Shown: positions 1-13,781 of the stretch, piece by piece
Layout: each line of letters opens with the position of its first letter
Numbering within the stretch: position 1 is the first letter of the stretch
Source of the DNA: Psammoneis japonica
Taxonomy: Eukaryota
Length of the DNA: 64,000 nucleotides
Reading direction: 5' to 3'
Assembly: GCA_008632985.1 (NCBI GenBank)
Contig: QPGO01000004.1
Location: 310,001-374,000, forward strand
Translations under genes and position numbers: made by a program
The notes under the pieces: generated by a model
The model's input: only the letters and a program-made list of their open reading frames with translations
Told to the model about the DNA's origin: nothing
Databases searched by the model: none

Positions 1-3000
1 GGGAGGTTGCAAATGCTGAGCAAGTGCTCAGACTTTGTTGCAAAGCTGAAATTCCCAGTGTGAGAGATTGCAAGCCTTTTTTGCAATCAAACCAGGTGAA
101 GAGCTTGTCCATGACTGTGCAACATTGTGCCTGAAAATGTGGACAGGATGGTGGCCATTTGGGTCATTAAAAAAGGAAAGACCAAACACGCACATCAGCC
201 CCACAAGAAGAACAACATGATGGCAATTCTGCCTGAGACATCATGCAAGAAGTAGAGGAGAGAAGGCATGATCCTCTGCATTGACATTGTGGAAGTGTGC
301 AGAGCCAAGTTGCTGTGCGCAATTGACAAGACAATCAAGTGTCAATCAAGTGTGAGATTGCACTCAAAGAAGCACGTTGATGTGTGCAGCATGCTGGACA
401 TGATGGTGTGCCAGCACACCACAGCTTTGTTCAAGATTGACTTTGTTGAGTGTGATTCTGAGTTCAAGAACATGCCGGCAAAAGCCACAGATGGCATGAA
501 TCTAGAACTGATGTTTGCAAACACACCAGCGACCATGTTCCCAAAGTTGAGCAAAGCATTGAGATCATCAAGGAGCAAACTTGAGCCACAGCACACCACC
601 TGCCACACAAGATGATGCCCAAGAAGTTTGTGTGAGCATGCCATGATCAAGAGCACTGTGATGGCAAACATGCACCCATGGAAGGAAAGAATCTCTGACA
701 CGTGCAGTCCACACACTGTCATGCAACAAAGAAACCTTGACCATGACAAGCACTTCAAGTTTGCCTTCAGCTCATTTGTCTTGTCTTGCATTGAAAACAA
801 CCCAACAAACACCATGGCTGCACACGGCATTAACAGCATGCACTTGCAACCACATTTTGACATTCCTGGGGGTGGTCACTGCTCTGTGAATTCACACATT
901 ATGGGGAAGCTGCTAAACCCATGCAAGTGCACTGCTGCACCCTTGACTGACAAATGCACACAAGCAGTTGACAAGATAACCTCAGCACAAGGCATCAAAG
1001 ACTTCAAATTTGTGGGCAAATGTGGGGACAATCTGCCCAATGCGGATTGGACTGCAGGAGCAGACAATGACAACAGCAAAGACAAAAGTGACAGCAAAGA
1101 CAAGAATGAGCACAAAAGCACCAGCTGTGTGACAGAATCTGAAGACAAAGATTGTGAAAACACCCCTGATTCAGATGGTGAACATGAAGAAGCAAATGAG
1201 ATGCCAGCAGGTGAAAAATCCAGTCCCAGTCAACAGCAGGAGAAGCAAGAAGACTGAAAGAGACAAAGCACCCACAGAGGAGACAAGAGGAGAAGAGAAG
1301 CTGGAGAAAGAGGCAACCAAGATGCCAGCCAGAGTGACAAGGAGTGGCACAAGATTTGGGGCATCCCACAACATGAAGTCACATGAACACAGAGAAAAGA
1401 CAGTTCAATTGCAGGAGTGGCAGATGCAGAAGCAGAGCAAGAAGAGCAGAACAAATGTGAGCCCCAATCCAGGGGACAACAACATTGAGTGTGATGCAGA
1501 AAGAGGAATGGTTTCAGCACAATTTGTGTGCAACAAGATCAATGACCAGGTCCAATCAGGAAAGAGCATTTCCTTTGCCCAACAGCATTTGCCACATGAA
1601 AGCCTCAAAGTGTTTGGCCAGAAGGAGCCCAGGCACAATGCCTCAGAGAAGGAGATGAAACAACTTTGTGACAGGGTGTGCTTTGCACCAACATCAGTCA
1701 AAGATGACATGACTTGAGCTGAGAGGACCAGTGCTGTGATTGCCTCAATGTTCCTGATGGAGAACCAAGATGGTTGCATGAAATGGCAAATGGTCTGCAA
1801 AGGAAAACTGACCAAAGAATGGATGAACAAGGATGAGTCAGCAAGTCCAACAGTGTTGCTGGAAGGAACACTGATGACAGCAGTCATTGATGCCATGTGG
1901 AAGAGTGCAATGCAATGAGCATTGATGCACTGAGCATGTTTGTGCAGACACAGATTCCAGAGCCCAAAGAAGTCAAAAACCAGATTGTGATGACTGCAGG
2001 TGTGTTGTTGGCTGCCATGCCAGCAAGCATTGATCACAACCTGCTTGTGCCACATTTGGTCATGGAAAAGGGGGAAACCGTCCTCCACATCCAAGTTGTT
2101 GGAGCCACACATGGCATGTTGATCACGGCTCTGCTGCGGCTCAAGCAATTTTGAAAGGAGGTCTTGAAGAAGATTGGACTCAAGTTCTGCCCATGCAATC
2201 CATGTGTTGCCATTGCCAATTGGTCAGTCAATGGCAAGCAACACACTTTTCATTTCCATGTGGGTGACCTTTTGTCAAGCCACAAGAACCCAAAAGCAAA
2301 TGGTGAATTTTTGAGCCAGCTGAACAAGATGAATGGAAGCCATGGCAAAGCTGGTGCAACAAGGGGGAAGAAGCATGACCACCTCAGCATGAGGTGATGG
2401 TTGACATGACCAACTGCATTCACAAGATGATTGGCCAGTTTCTGGACAAGATCAAGAGCACCTGTTTGACACCAGTGGCATCAGGTTGCCAGCCAAGAAA
2501 GCAAAGATGTTCCATGCATGGGCGGCCAAGAGGGGCCATTCCTTTCCAAGAGAGGCTTCATGGATGCACACCCAACCAGCATTGCAGGGTCATGCACACA
2601 AGTCAGAGAGCCAACCAACAAGGACTGGGGAAAACTCTGTTTGAACCAGACAAGAAATGAAGTCACATCTTTGAGTGCAAAGGACCTCTGAGTTGTCAAA
2701 TGTGGTGCATGGATGCATTGTTTGCAGTGCACCCAGATTTCAAGAGCCACACAGGAGGAATTGTGACAGTGGGAGACTGAGCAATGCAGGCCACACATCA
2801 AATCCGCAGAAGCTCAACACCTGAAACAGCACAGAGGCTGAACTTGCAGGAGGAGTTGACGATCCAATGACTGTGATGCTTGGGACAAAGTTGTTGATCA
2901 TGGAGCATCAAGGCCATCCAATTGATGAGAACATCCTGCATCAGGACAACAAGAGCACCACACTGCTGGAGACCAATGGGCACAGGAGTGCCAGAAAATG

Positions 3001-3200
3001 GTCCAGAGCACTCAACATTTGGCATTTTTTGTTGCCAATCAGGAGATCAAGGAGGGCAATCTTAGAGTGCAGCATTGTCCAACCAAATGACATGCTTGGA
3101 GACTTCATGACTGAGTCATTGCTGCACCTCAAGAAGTTTCAAAAATTCAAACAAGCTGTGTTGTGGGTTGTGGGCTGTCAACTCCAAGCACAACAGGAGA
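1..3200 (+). mobile_element. Highly degenerate Ty1/copia (CoDi-like) pol remnant: integrase, RT and RNase H; truncated by the window start
   Basis: Motif fragments across frames: FAQQHLPHESLKVFG..EMKQLCDRVCF, ASPTVLLEGTLMTAVIDA, FHVGDLLSSHKNPKANGEF (~FHVDDL), RGKKHDHL, NILHQDNKSTTLLETNG..SRALNIWHF, MLGDFMT. Many stops and frameshifts. Purine tract ACAGGAG near 3193. Confidence 0.85.
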
Positions 3201-4899
3201 GTTTCCTGTTTGTGAGATGAGATGAGAATTCTGACACAGGTGGGTGAAAGAACCCTGCAACCCAGAAGATTTGTTGAGTCATGTGGTTCAACAACCAATC
3301 ATGATTTGTTTTTCAGAGCCAACCATGATGTTGATGACCATGATTGCCAGCATTGGAAGAGAGCCACCAGAGCATGTCAATGAAACAATGGCCATGACAT
3401 TGTTGGGACAAGTTTGTGAAGTTAAACGGATTGTGATCAAAAAGAGGAAGAAATTCTAAGACCAACACCACCAGAAGGCACTGGTGGCAGAATGTGACAA
3501 GTGGATGAAGTGTGGACACTCCTCACCACCTCTGGACCTGTTCATTGATTGAGGAGCAATTGATGTGGGTCTGCTGCCAATGATCAAGTTCAACAAGGAT
3601 GGGAAGCCCACCTGGACTGTTGTTCTTTGAGGAACACTCAATCAAAACAAGAAGGAATTTGAAAAAGATGCCACAAGCTGTGGATGGCAAGGCACAACAC
3701 AATGCAGCATTGTGTGCATGTTGAAAAGCTGGGATGGGCCAGCAGAGTGTGTCAGCACACATCCACTGCAGCACTGATGATCTCCCCTTTTGATGAGGCA
3801 GGCAAGACAAGGATGGAAATCAAGGAACATGCAAGAAAAGCACACAAGACCAAAGAATGTTGGTGAGTTGTTGGAGGCCAAGCCTGTGCACATGGCAGGA
3901 AATGCTGCCACAAGGATTACAACCAAGAAGAGTTGGGCAATGAGTGCAATGAAGAAACTGTTGCAGGATTGCAAGGAAATGAATTTAGACCTGCCCCAAA
4001 CAAGTGTGACATCAATCACCTGGGTGAGCTGTCAACAGCGGGTTGTCCTGCATGTGGTGTGGACTTCTGTGGAACATGTGGACCTGTTGTAGAGTGTGCA
4101 GCACCAACCAACCCAGAGAAAATAAATGCAGCAATTTGGAACAGTGCAAGATGACAATGGTGATGTCCATGATGCTTTCAAGTTGGCAAGATTCTTCCAA
4201 CGTGAAACTGTTGAAGCAAAACCCAGTGGGCAGTGGGCCTGCTGCAATGGTTTTTTTTTTAGCTGTGCTCATGGACAATCAGTGACTGGGTCACAAACTT
4301 GATTGGGAATTTGGGTTGGCACAGCAAGGCTTTGATGGAAAACACTCATTGCACTTGTGTGTGTGAAGCATTGTGTGGATCAAGTGAGCAAGATCACAAA
4401 TGTGTTCAATGATCTGATTAATTTCCATTGTTGTGGGCCAGAATTTTCCTTTGATGCCTGTGCATGTGAGCTGGAGGATGACAGCATTGAGGCAGCCAAC
4501 TCACCTGGTGAGTTTGTGGCAAACATTCTGCCAAAAATGACAAGCCCATGCACTTTGGCCAAGTCAGACCACAATGGAATGTTGATTCGAGTGGCAGGAG
4601 TGTGTTGGAGGATCTGGAAAAAGGGAAAGCCAAGGAGCCTGGATGTGTTGAAGAGAAGATGTTGTTGCTCCTGTGATGTGGAAGATTCAGCAACTCTTGT
4701 GATTGGAATTTCATCATGGCTGATCTCTCTTGCCTTTCTGTTTGTCTCACTCTTTGGAGTGAATCATTTGGTTTGTTTGGGTTGCACAATTCCATTGCAT
4801 CAGTGCCGCTGAGTGTCTGTTTGCATCATGAGTTTGAACTTTGTGTCAACAATTTCCAGGAAAACCATGGTTACCACCACAAATGAGCAGCACAGGAAG

Positions 4900-6400
4900 C
4901 ATTGCAGGATCCCCTTTTGTTGACATTTGCTTGCCAGTTCAACAGCTTGGATTGGCTGGCCATGTCAATCTGTTGTCAGCACTTGGCTTCATTGGGGAGA
5001 ACAAAACAAAGGCACTTCCTGTTGCAGCAGCATGAGGGCCCACCACATTGGATTGCAACCCAAGGCCTTGTGCCTGAAAGCCCAAGCTGAGGTCACCAAA
5101 GCTGTCATGAGCTCCTGTCTCAAAAGCAAAAGGTGGATGGGACCATTGATGGCCAGTTGATGCAAGAGACAACCTCCAAAATCTCTTTTTCTCAGTCACC
5201 TCACCCATCAGGAGTGTCTTCCTCTTGCAGTCTCCTCCAGCAATGATGACACAGCCCTCATCCACTGCACTGGTGCTGTTGAACTTTGTGAGAGGAAGGT
5301 TGGTCAGGAGCTCATTGAACTCCATGCCAAATGCATGGAAGCAAGATGAGCACAAAGTTTTGCCCTTGTTGGTCATTGTGTTGAGAGAGATGCTGCTGCC
5401 TTGGGGTGCTCAGTGACCCAAGATGCATTTGACTTTCCTCAGCAGCACTGCTCTTCAATCCACAAAGTGGCGGCTGCTTTGATTGGGTGGTTGGAGCACT
5501 CAACAGATCCCTGGCACCACAGCATTCCGGCCCCACCCTGGACAGTGCTGCAGCATCATGGATCAAGATCCTGGATGGCTTCAGTGACTTCCTTTGCTGT
5601 GAACTCCCTCCCATTGTCTGTGTGGCTCACAAGGGGGCAGCCCATCAAAGAGGAGCAAATGTGACAGAACTCTCAGGTGACCCACTTTGCTTTCTTGGAG
5701 GGAATGGCAGCTGTCTGGATCAACCTGGTGCAGCAGCCAATCTTTCAAAACCATTGGCCACTTCATGGTTGGAGAGCTGGGATCCCCTGGGTGGAACTGC
5801 CAAGGGCCCTTTTGACAATCCACCAGGTCAATCTGGGAATGATCCCAGAAACTGTGACTCATGATGGGGACTTGAGCCCCCTCAACTCTTGCCACAGAAG
5901 GCTGCATCTTGCTGCAAGTGGGGCAAAGGTCAGTGAAGCAAGAAACCAGCATCTCTGTGACACATTGTAAAACTTCTTCTTGGTGTCATTGAACATGTGG
6001 CCCAACTTGAGATGACGACCACCCATGTGTCCATGGTGCTGTGCAACAATGTCAAAAACCTGCTCAGTGTGGACAACAACAAGCTTGGATGTCACAGATC
6101 CATCCTTGCCTTTCTTCTTGATCTAGAAAATCATGTCACAGCCAAGGTTGTTGGTCTCCACCAGGTGACTCTGCCACCAGGAGCAAGCTTGGCTGCCAAA
6201 AAGTTTGCAAAACTCTCTTGCACTGAGACCATCAGCCCAGTGCCTGGGTTCCTGAGTTTGGCTGCCCAAGTCTTTGTTTCCCACTCAGATCAAAGCATGA
6301 GCTTGGACATTGTCTCAAGCACAGCACTGTTGTGGTCATTGCCGACAATGCCAAATGCAGCCTTGTCGAAGGCTTCTTAGTGTTTTGTCTCCACAAAGAT
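4900..6400 (-). mobile_element. Degenerate DDE integrase with H2C2 zinc finger (Ginger/KRBA2-SCAND3-like)
   Basis: Minus strand reads HGHMGGRHLK..FTDLCPTC (zinc finger), PIMSHSFWDHSQIDLVD (first D), HTDNGREFTAKEV (second D, ~5610-5575), QGSVECSN (E), then CFHAFGM. Broken by stops and frameshifts. Confidence 0.7.
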
Positions 6401-8799
6401 GTTCCTGACCTTGTCAGGAGAAGTCATGCCAACAGTGGCATCAGAGTGGGAGAGAGGAACGGCAACTGACATGCAGGGTGTGGACAGCACAAAGAGACTC
6501 ATCTTGGCCAAAAAATGCCACAAAATCACATCAAGAGAGGTGCTGCAAAAAAGCAACAGAGATGGACAGCCAAGGTGCCATGTCTTCTTGAGCAAGGCAT
6601 CAATTTTTTTGAGAATCTGGTCACTGACAGAAAAAGGCATTGTGGTGAACCAGTCAGGCAGATTCTTGAAAATCCGTGGTTCACAAGAATGGGGATTTTG
6701 GTGCAAGGTCCAATTCCAAACAGTCCATTTTTACAAGATTCCATGCCTCAACAAGAGTTGCAGATTCACAAGAACTGTTGCAACAGATCCACGCTTTGCT
6801 GTGGATGAGACCCATCACCATGGTCAAACCATTGGATCAATTGGCACCATTGACCATGGACATTCCAAGCAGTTCTGACTTGGAGAGCAACACAAAGGAT
6901 GCCGTGCAGGTTGTTTCTGTTTGCAAACCTTCTGACACATGTGATCTGTCCTTTTCTTGGTCCAGAAAAAGAAGAAATTGTGAGCTGCAGCAGGCTCCAA
7001 AACCCAGCACAGGACAATGTGGAAGCACCAACAAGAACCAAGAATCATCTGCCTTTTTAGGATCTCCTGGTGGCACATCAGCAACTTCAATGATCAAAAT
7101 TGATTGTGTGTTGAACATCATGAAGAGGCTGTGTTGCGTGTGAATGTTCTTGGTGTTTCTCCAGCAACAAAAACAATTGTGGAAAAAGAAGCTAACTGGT
7201 GTTGCTTGTGTCATCACTTTTGTCTTCATTTTGTGTGGATCAAGATGACATCTTGTCACTGTCAGCATCAAGTGGTGCAGATTGCACTGGTGTGGCTGCC
7301 AATTGGAAGTCTCTTGTGAAGCAATGTCAAGTGCTGCCTTGGATGGAACTGAGGTTGGTGCACAGAAGATTTGTCTGGTCAAATCTGGCACAACTGCTCA
7401 AGAGGACTTTGCTTTGCACACCGGAAATCCATCATGGGCATTGAAGCAAAGACATTTGCAGCCAAGCACCTTTGCACCTTTGCTCCCAATCTGAAGCCAC
7501 TTGCTGCAGCCATCATCTGAAGGAAGACCATGACTGAAAAGTGTCAACCTGTTGGCACTGCTGGAAGCCAATCTGCAGCAGCAAAAGCAGCAGGTGTTGG
7601 CAGCAACCAAAGCAATGAAGAAGAAGATGCAGAGAACAAAACAAACAATCTCAACTGCTGCAGATCGGTGGGTGTGCTCTCTCATGAGCATGTGAAACCC
7701 AAGCCAGCTGGTGTCTTGTGGAAAATTGACAAAGCTTGAACTCAGTGACAAGGTGAAGCCAGTCAACAAGTTTTCAGAAACCCCAGCTGAAGTCTGCAAC
7801 ACCAAGGAAGCTTGCAACAAGATGAAACAGGCTCCTCATGGGCATGATGAACAGCATGAGTGGGAGAAAGCAGCCTCAGAAAATCCAAGCGCATTCAGTC
7901 CAATCACTCCCAAGCAAGCAAAAAGCAGCTGCACATTTCTCATTTCTTCTCCATCACTGCAGTCATCTCACAGACAATTTTTCTCAGTCAGGTGAGAATG
8001 ATGATGGCCCAAAGCCATTCAGAGAATTCTGTTGGAACAGGCTCTGCTTGGCCTGCCTCCATGCATTTTTGCAAGAGGCCAGAGAGGGCCTCGTTCAAGT
8101 TGCACATCATCAACTGTCCAGCATTTTGTCAATCTGGGGAGAAGCATGTGAATGAGAAAAGGAAACCCAAGGGCAGAGGAGGCAGCAGCAGTTGACACAA
8201 TGACAGTCTTGGGCAGATTGCACATGCTCAGCATCAGAAACGTCACACCACATTGCACACTCTGATGACAGAATCATTTGGAGAGACAACCTGGGCTCTT
8301 GAGACCATCAATGCCTCAAAAAAATCAAAGAGGAGGAAGTCAAAGGAGTTGATGGGGAAGAAACATGCAAAGAAACTGATCAAGAAAGCAAAGCAGAATC
8401 AAAAAGTTCAGAACTGTGATGTTGAGAAGAAGGAGGGGGTTCTAGCTAGTCTGGACAATGAGCTTGCAAAGGAGTGCTGCAAACAGGAGGAAAGGAGCAT
8501 TCATTTAAATGATCAGCTTGACAAGGTCAAAAACAAGATGATGGCACACATGCTCACTGCTCCAACTGACTGGGTTGCAGTCCCATCAACTCACTTGACC
8601 TGCTCTTGGCTGCAATTGTGCAAGTGGCTTGCAACACAGTGCCTGCATTTCAAATTGGACCAAAATGCTGTCCATGCCATGCAATGTGGCAACCTGTGCT
8701 GCAGTTGTCATCCTGCAGCATCCTCAATTTGTGCCAGTGCTGTTGAGTTTTAGATTGGGCCATTTAAAAAAATCTGTCCACTGCTTTCTGCATTGCTGG

Positions 8800-9530
8800 G
8801 TGGGAGGTGGCACCCTTGGTGTGCCAGAGCTCCTCCCAGATCCTCTCATTGGAGGGTGGAATTCCCACCTTGCTCCTCTGGGGGCCCACAATCCAGCCCA
8901 TCAATTGGGCGGAGGCAGCTGAGACCACTGAGAGCACCCTCCAGATGGTTGACATCATTGTCACCACCACTGGTGGCTGCTGATCCACCCTTTTTTCTTC
9001 CTGTTTGTCAATGACAGAATTGTGAACAAGACAAAAAGAAGCTTGATGATCTCACTGTCCTTCTCTGGGTTGTGCATGAGGTGATGTCAAAAAATCCTCT
9101 GCATGGTTGCCAACCTCTCAAAAGCCATTTCAGTTTGGATTCTCAGCTGACAAAGAAAGAAATGGAAAGTTCATTGTGACTTGGTCAAGTTCCTGCTGCT
9201 GCAATGGATGATGTGCAGGTTTGAAAGCTCACCTGCATTGTCAGCAACAACAAAGTGCTTGGAGTGGTCAGCATGTGGTGCCATCTAAAGAAGCCATTTC
9301 TTGAAGTTTCTGCATCAATTGATTGCCACAATGTCCTTCATCTTGCCAGGAGCAGCAATGTCCATGAACCCAAAATGAAGTTGTGAGTCACATGCAGCTT
9401 GCACATTGAGACCCAGTTGCTTGCAGTGTGCTGAATGACAACCACTGGGGTTGTTGACACCTTCTTGTGGTTGTGCACAGCACAACCAACCATCAAGTGC
9501 AAGTGTGTTGGCAGTGGGTGGGAACAACCT
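8800..9530 (-). mobile_element. Degenerate PIF/Harbinger transposase (DDE_Tnp_4-like)
   Basis: LALDGWLC...HSAHCKQLGLNVQAACDSQLHF...AAPGKMKD, then KHFVVADNA and SQLRIQTEMAFERL. All three catalytic motifs are recognisable. Confidence 0.8.
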
Positions 9531-12061
9531 CTTTGCCCAAATGGACCATGGCAGTCATCAACACTCATGACAAAAAAAATTGTCATCATCACAACTCATG
9601 CTGCTTGTGAGACTCAATGTGCACTCACAACATGCAAGGCTGAGCTTCCAATTTCCACCACACACACACCATGTGAGCACAAAACAGAAGTTTCATGGGA
9701 CCCATGAAACTCAGTGCAAAACAGCCATGATCTCCTCCCCAAACAATGCTGGCATTTGCATCACAACCTTTGCTGCCAACCACCTTGGAAGCCCCAGACA
9801 CTTTGCTCACCACCTTTTCCTTGGAGCCAATCAAGAACAACCATTCCCTGCCCCTCCTCTCCCCTCAGAACTTGCAGCATCTTTCTTCCAACATCCACCC
9901 ACATGCACTGCCCATGCCAATGCCCAACTCTCTCCATCTGGCCTCCTCCACACTGTCATGTCCTGAAAAAGTGTTGCCTCTGCCAGATTTGGCCTCACCC
10001 ACCATGCCACCACCACTCCCACCCTGTGGGGCCTTCAAAGCTTTGGCCTCAACATCATCAAATCTCATGCCAATCAACTCCTTTGCTGCTCCACCAAACT
10101 CCACACACACCTTGCTGTTCCCACTCACACAATGCTCCTGCTCCCCACCCACATGATGTGCCGTTTCACCCCACAATGCCATCTGCACATCACACCACAC
10201 CATCGCCAGGTGATGTGGCATGTGAACTCCTCACATGCATGCAACAGGCAGTTTCCCCCTGACCAATGAAGTTCACCACCAAGGGACCACTAAGACAGCC
10301 TGCTGCTGTTTGCCAAATTGCATCCAAAGCCTCAGGATCATCACAAAAAGTTGTGCTTTTGGTGTCACAACAGCAGCAATGACATTCCAAAACAACAAAC
10401 AAGTCATCGCATCATTTTTGAAAAAAAAGAAAGTTTTTGGTTGTGATGTGGCATGGCAAAGTGCAGAAAAAGGTGACAACTTTGTTGCTCTCATTGATGA
10501 CAAATGCAAGGCTCAGGCCCTTCTCAAGCACCTCTCAACACCCTCTGTTGACTGAGTCAACTCTCGTTTTGATCCAAGAAAATTTGTTTCTACTTCTGCT
10601 TTGTCAGTGGAGAGGGTCATTCCTGCACAGACAGTGAATCACTCTCAAGTTGTGAGCCTTGCTTTTGCTTGGCACAAGGAGGGGCCATGCCACATCATGA
10701 AACAACAAAACACCTTCAGCACATTGTTGTCAACACCGGGAGAGAGCGTTTGTAACGTGAACTTTGCTGCTCTGTCAAAGCGATTGACGCATCCATTGTT
10801 GTTCATCTTGTTGCTTTTGTCGGCATTGTCAGCCAATGTTTCACATGTGGTGTGGCATGCACTCTGCTTGCACAGAGAACCTGTGTGAGGTGCACCATCA
10901 AAGATCCAACATCAACTGCCCCGTGCACAGTTTGATTTCTTTGAGTGCAGCGAAACGTCAAGATGCCCCCCCCACGAACGGCACCCGTTTGATGATGGCA
11001 TTGCTCTGGTGGTGAGCTGAACTGTCATCAATGCAGGCCGCTCTGTCCCTGGCATTGGCTCAAGATGGCAATTTGCCGACTGCTGTTACAACAGACACCC
11101 CACACGGACGACCCCCACCTGTCTCCACTCCACCCGCCAAGATTGTCACTGTGTGCGGTGCGACTCACCCCGTTGTTGAGTTGCATCCTGCAGCAACAGC
11201 TCCATCCCACACTCCCACCAACACTCACCTGAAACCCACCCATGTTCCAGCCTCCAATGCCTCTGCTGCTCCCAAGAAGGCCGCTGCCACCTTTTTGCCG
11301 TGGACGTGCGTGTGGGCCCAGAATTTCTCAAGCCGAGTCAATGCCCCTGCCCATGCTGCTGCACTGTCAGTGACCACTTCACCAGTTGCCTCTTGTTCCT
11401 TTTCAGCGACAAACAAGACTGACCCATTGGCTGTTTTTAAGATTGCTTTGGGCAAGCTTGAAAAGCCAGTTGAGCACAAGCGTGCTGGCGTTGCTCTGTT
11501 GACCGAGCAGCCATTGCACGCTCATGAACAAGGCGATTGCTGCAGTCAACACACACACACACTCCCTTGATGCTCATCAATGCATCACATGTTGCAAGCT
11601 TCCATCTGTGTGCCACTTGCAGATGGCTTCTCTGCACACCGCGAATGAGGCAATTGGATCTGTTGTCTTTTCTGGGAAGTCAATTGTCTTGGACATTCCA
11701 GATTCTGCTGGCCTCAACCCTGCCAATGTTGCAAGCCTCTCCCATTGTGGGGGGGCTGCACTGCTTGGAGTTATTGTCAGTTGTTACCTTGGCCACTCCC
11801 TGGCAAAATGCTGCCACCAAATTGGCACTGCTCCGGTCGCCCACATGATTTCCTCTTGGATTGAACAAGGTCTGGACGGCCTCCCGATCACTCTCATACT
11901 TTACCCGTGACTTACAGACCTCCCAGTTGGGAGTGCGCTGCACCGCGCTTTTTTTGCTCCGATAGTTTTGAGCCTCACACCGCATCCTGCATCCTGTGTC
12001 TTTGCCATTTCCTTACCCTGGGAGTGTTGGCCTTGTGTGTCTGTTTGTCTTGAATCTTACA

Positions 12062-12565
12062 ATGTCACATCGAGCTCTTTCCGGTTATCGTCGTCTATTT
12101 CGTGCGCGTCGGATTCTTTTCGCAGGAGATGATCATGCCCTGAGAGAATCACGTGTGCAACTGCGGGCTGAATTCCAGAAACATCGAGACGTACCAGCGG
12201 GACCTCATTTAGAAGGCCTTTTTACCATGATCGACGAAGCAGAAGACATGATGTTGCACGGAATTGTACGTGGTGAATTGAATGAGCAAACGGGAAACTA
12301 TGGTAAGACGAAAAAACATGTAGGACATGAGTGTCGCCCTGTGTCTGCGTAAAATGTGCCGGCCATTCTCATTGCTGAACGGTCCTTCAATCTGATAGAG
12401 GTGAAACTGAAAGCTGAGCATGCGAATACACCGGGTCAAGAGGCTGGGGCTGGCGGTGCAAATATGGAGCCGATCACGTCCGAGACAGCTGAAAAGATGA
12501 CGCAACCGGCAAGAGTTGAGGTCACCCAATCGAAAGCTTCGGCAAGTGAGAAAAAATCAATATAG
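12062..12565 (+). CDS. LYR-motif protein, complex III assembly factor MZM1/LYRM7-like; 2 exons (intron 12303-12398)
   Basis: ALSGYRRLFRARRILFAGD..ESRVQLRAEF..EAEDMMLHGIVRG. The GTAAG...TAG intron restores the frame (NYEVKLK). Confidence 0.8.
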
Positions 12566-12852
12566 TCACATTGTGTTTTACAAGGATTTGATGGCTGGAC
12601 TTAGAGAATCATCAGAAGTTGGATACCATGCTTCTTAGCGGTATAATCGCTACGGTATATCCATACTAGCTAGTCAAGAAGTGCTTGAGAGAACTACATG
12701 CGTTGTACTGATGGTTGCGACCATTATTTCTTTTCAAAAACGAAAGACTACGTCTGCCCATTTCGTAACAGTATTCGTATCACTCTAGAATGCTGAAAAT
12801 TCTTCATAGCAAAAACGGCACCTTCAGCAATTCTCTCCGGACGTTACGCCCC

Positions 12853-13494
12853 TTATTTGATTTTGATGTTGAAAGAGCAGGCCGCCATATTTTGTCCGTC
12901 TGCGAGGAAATCACAAGATACGACTGCTGGGATGCCCAAATTCGCAAGTGCGCCCCTTACTAATCCACAGGGAAAGGCCAAGAGTTGAATTGCAGCCACT
13001 CGAGCAGACTCCTGATTTGGAGGCAGTCTTGTCAACCACCGTAGCTCCATATCTTTGAGTACAAAGACACCCCGATGATTCGTTTGAAGCTTGTCAATCT
13101 GTTTTCCGAATATAACAATCCAAAACTCTTTGCAAAGGAACTTGACTGCCTCCAACTGCAAGGCTGCAACCGCCTGAGCCGGGTCTTTTTGAGCCGCAAT
13201 GGCGGCAGCAGATGAGCTACTTCCAATCGCTTTGCTTTGAGCAAGTCGTTCACAAAGTCGATATCCAACAGAGTATCCCATCCGTTCTAACTTTGCTGCC
13301 GCCATTTCAGCAGCCATAATTTTCCCTTCTTCAGTACCTGCAGCATTGTCGTTGGCATCGGCTTCACTTGCCTGCACCCAATGCAAAATCTCCGACAGGA
13401 GCGCTTCATACATTGGTGCGGCTACCTCGTTTGTTGCTTCGCGTTTCTGAGGTTTATTCGTGTTCGTTGGTGCTGTTGGTGCCGCCATGGTCAC
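12853..13494 (-). CDS. TRAPPC6: TRAPP complex subunit Trs33/TRAPPC6
   Basis: LERMGYSVGYRLCERL, VKFLCKEFW..IFGKQIDKLQTNHRGVFVLKD, LAFPCGLVRGALANLG. Confidence 0.92.
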   Translation of the reverse strand: MTMAAPTAPTNTNKPQKREATNEVAAPMYEALLSEILHWVQASEADANDNAAGTEEGKIMAAEMAAAKLERMGYSVGYRLCERLAQSKAIGSSSSAAAIAAQKDPAQAVAALQLEAVKFLCKEFWIVIFGKQIDKLQTNHRGVFVLKDMELRWLTRLPPNQESARVAAIQLLAFPCGLVRGALANLGIPAVVSCDFLADGQNMAACSFNIKIK

Positions 13495-13781
13495 AAAGTG
13501 CTGGTATCACGAATGCCTTTACGAATGCAGGTCATCAACAGTGAGAGCAGTACCGTACGGTAGGAATAGCAGTTGCGAGCGGTGAATTGTGAATTTCGTC
13601 ATTTCCAATTTGGAATTTTCATTTTTCCGTTTTCCGCAGATTTTCGCTTCATCCTTCATCCTTGCGGGAACAAAAAAATGGCGACGGTCCTCGGTCCTCG
13701 GTGTCTCGGTGTTTTCGTCGTCCACCTCTGTCAAGAGTTGAAATGAAGACAGAAAGAAAGGACTGGTGAAAGAGACAATGC

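Larger units (their letters stand above)
1..11750. other. Hypermutated transposon block (TpA- and CpG-depleted, TG/CA-rich)
   Basis: Manual count in 1-600: 3 TA and 5 CG. ORF translations are Cys/His-rich and almost Tyr-free. Confidence 0.9.

Noticed and set aside
7500..8700. Possible Harbinger accessory (Myb/SANT-like) ORF on the + strand
   Set aside because: The position fits, but the sequence is too degraded to support a call.
268..11900. Dozens of 60-250 aa ORFs in all frames (also 41-43.6, 45.5-52.9 and 57.4-63 kb)
   Set aside because: They are by-products of TAA/TAG loss: overlapping, Tyr-free and without coherent domains beyond TE fragments.
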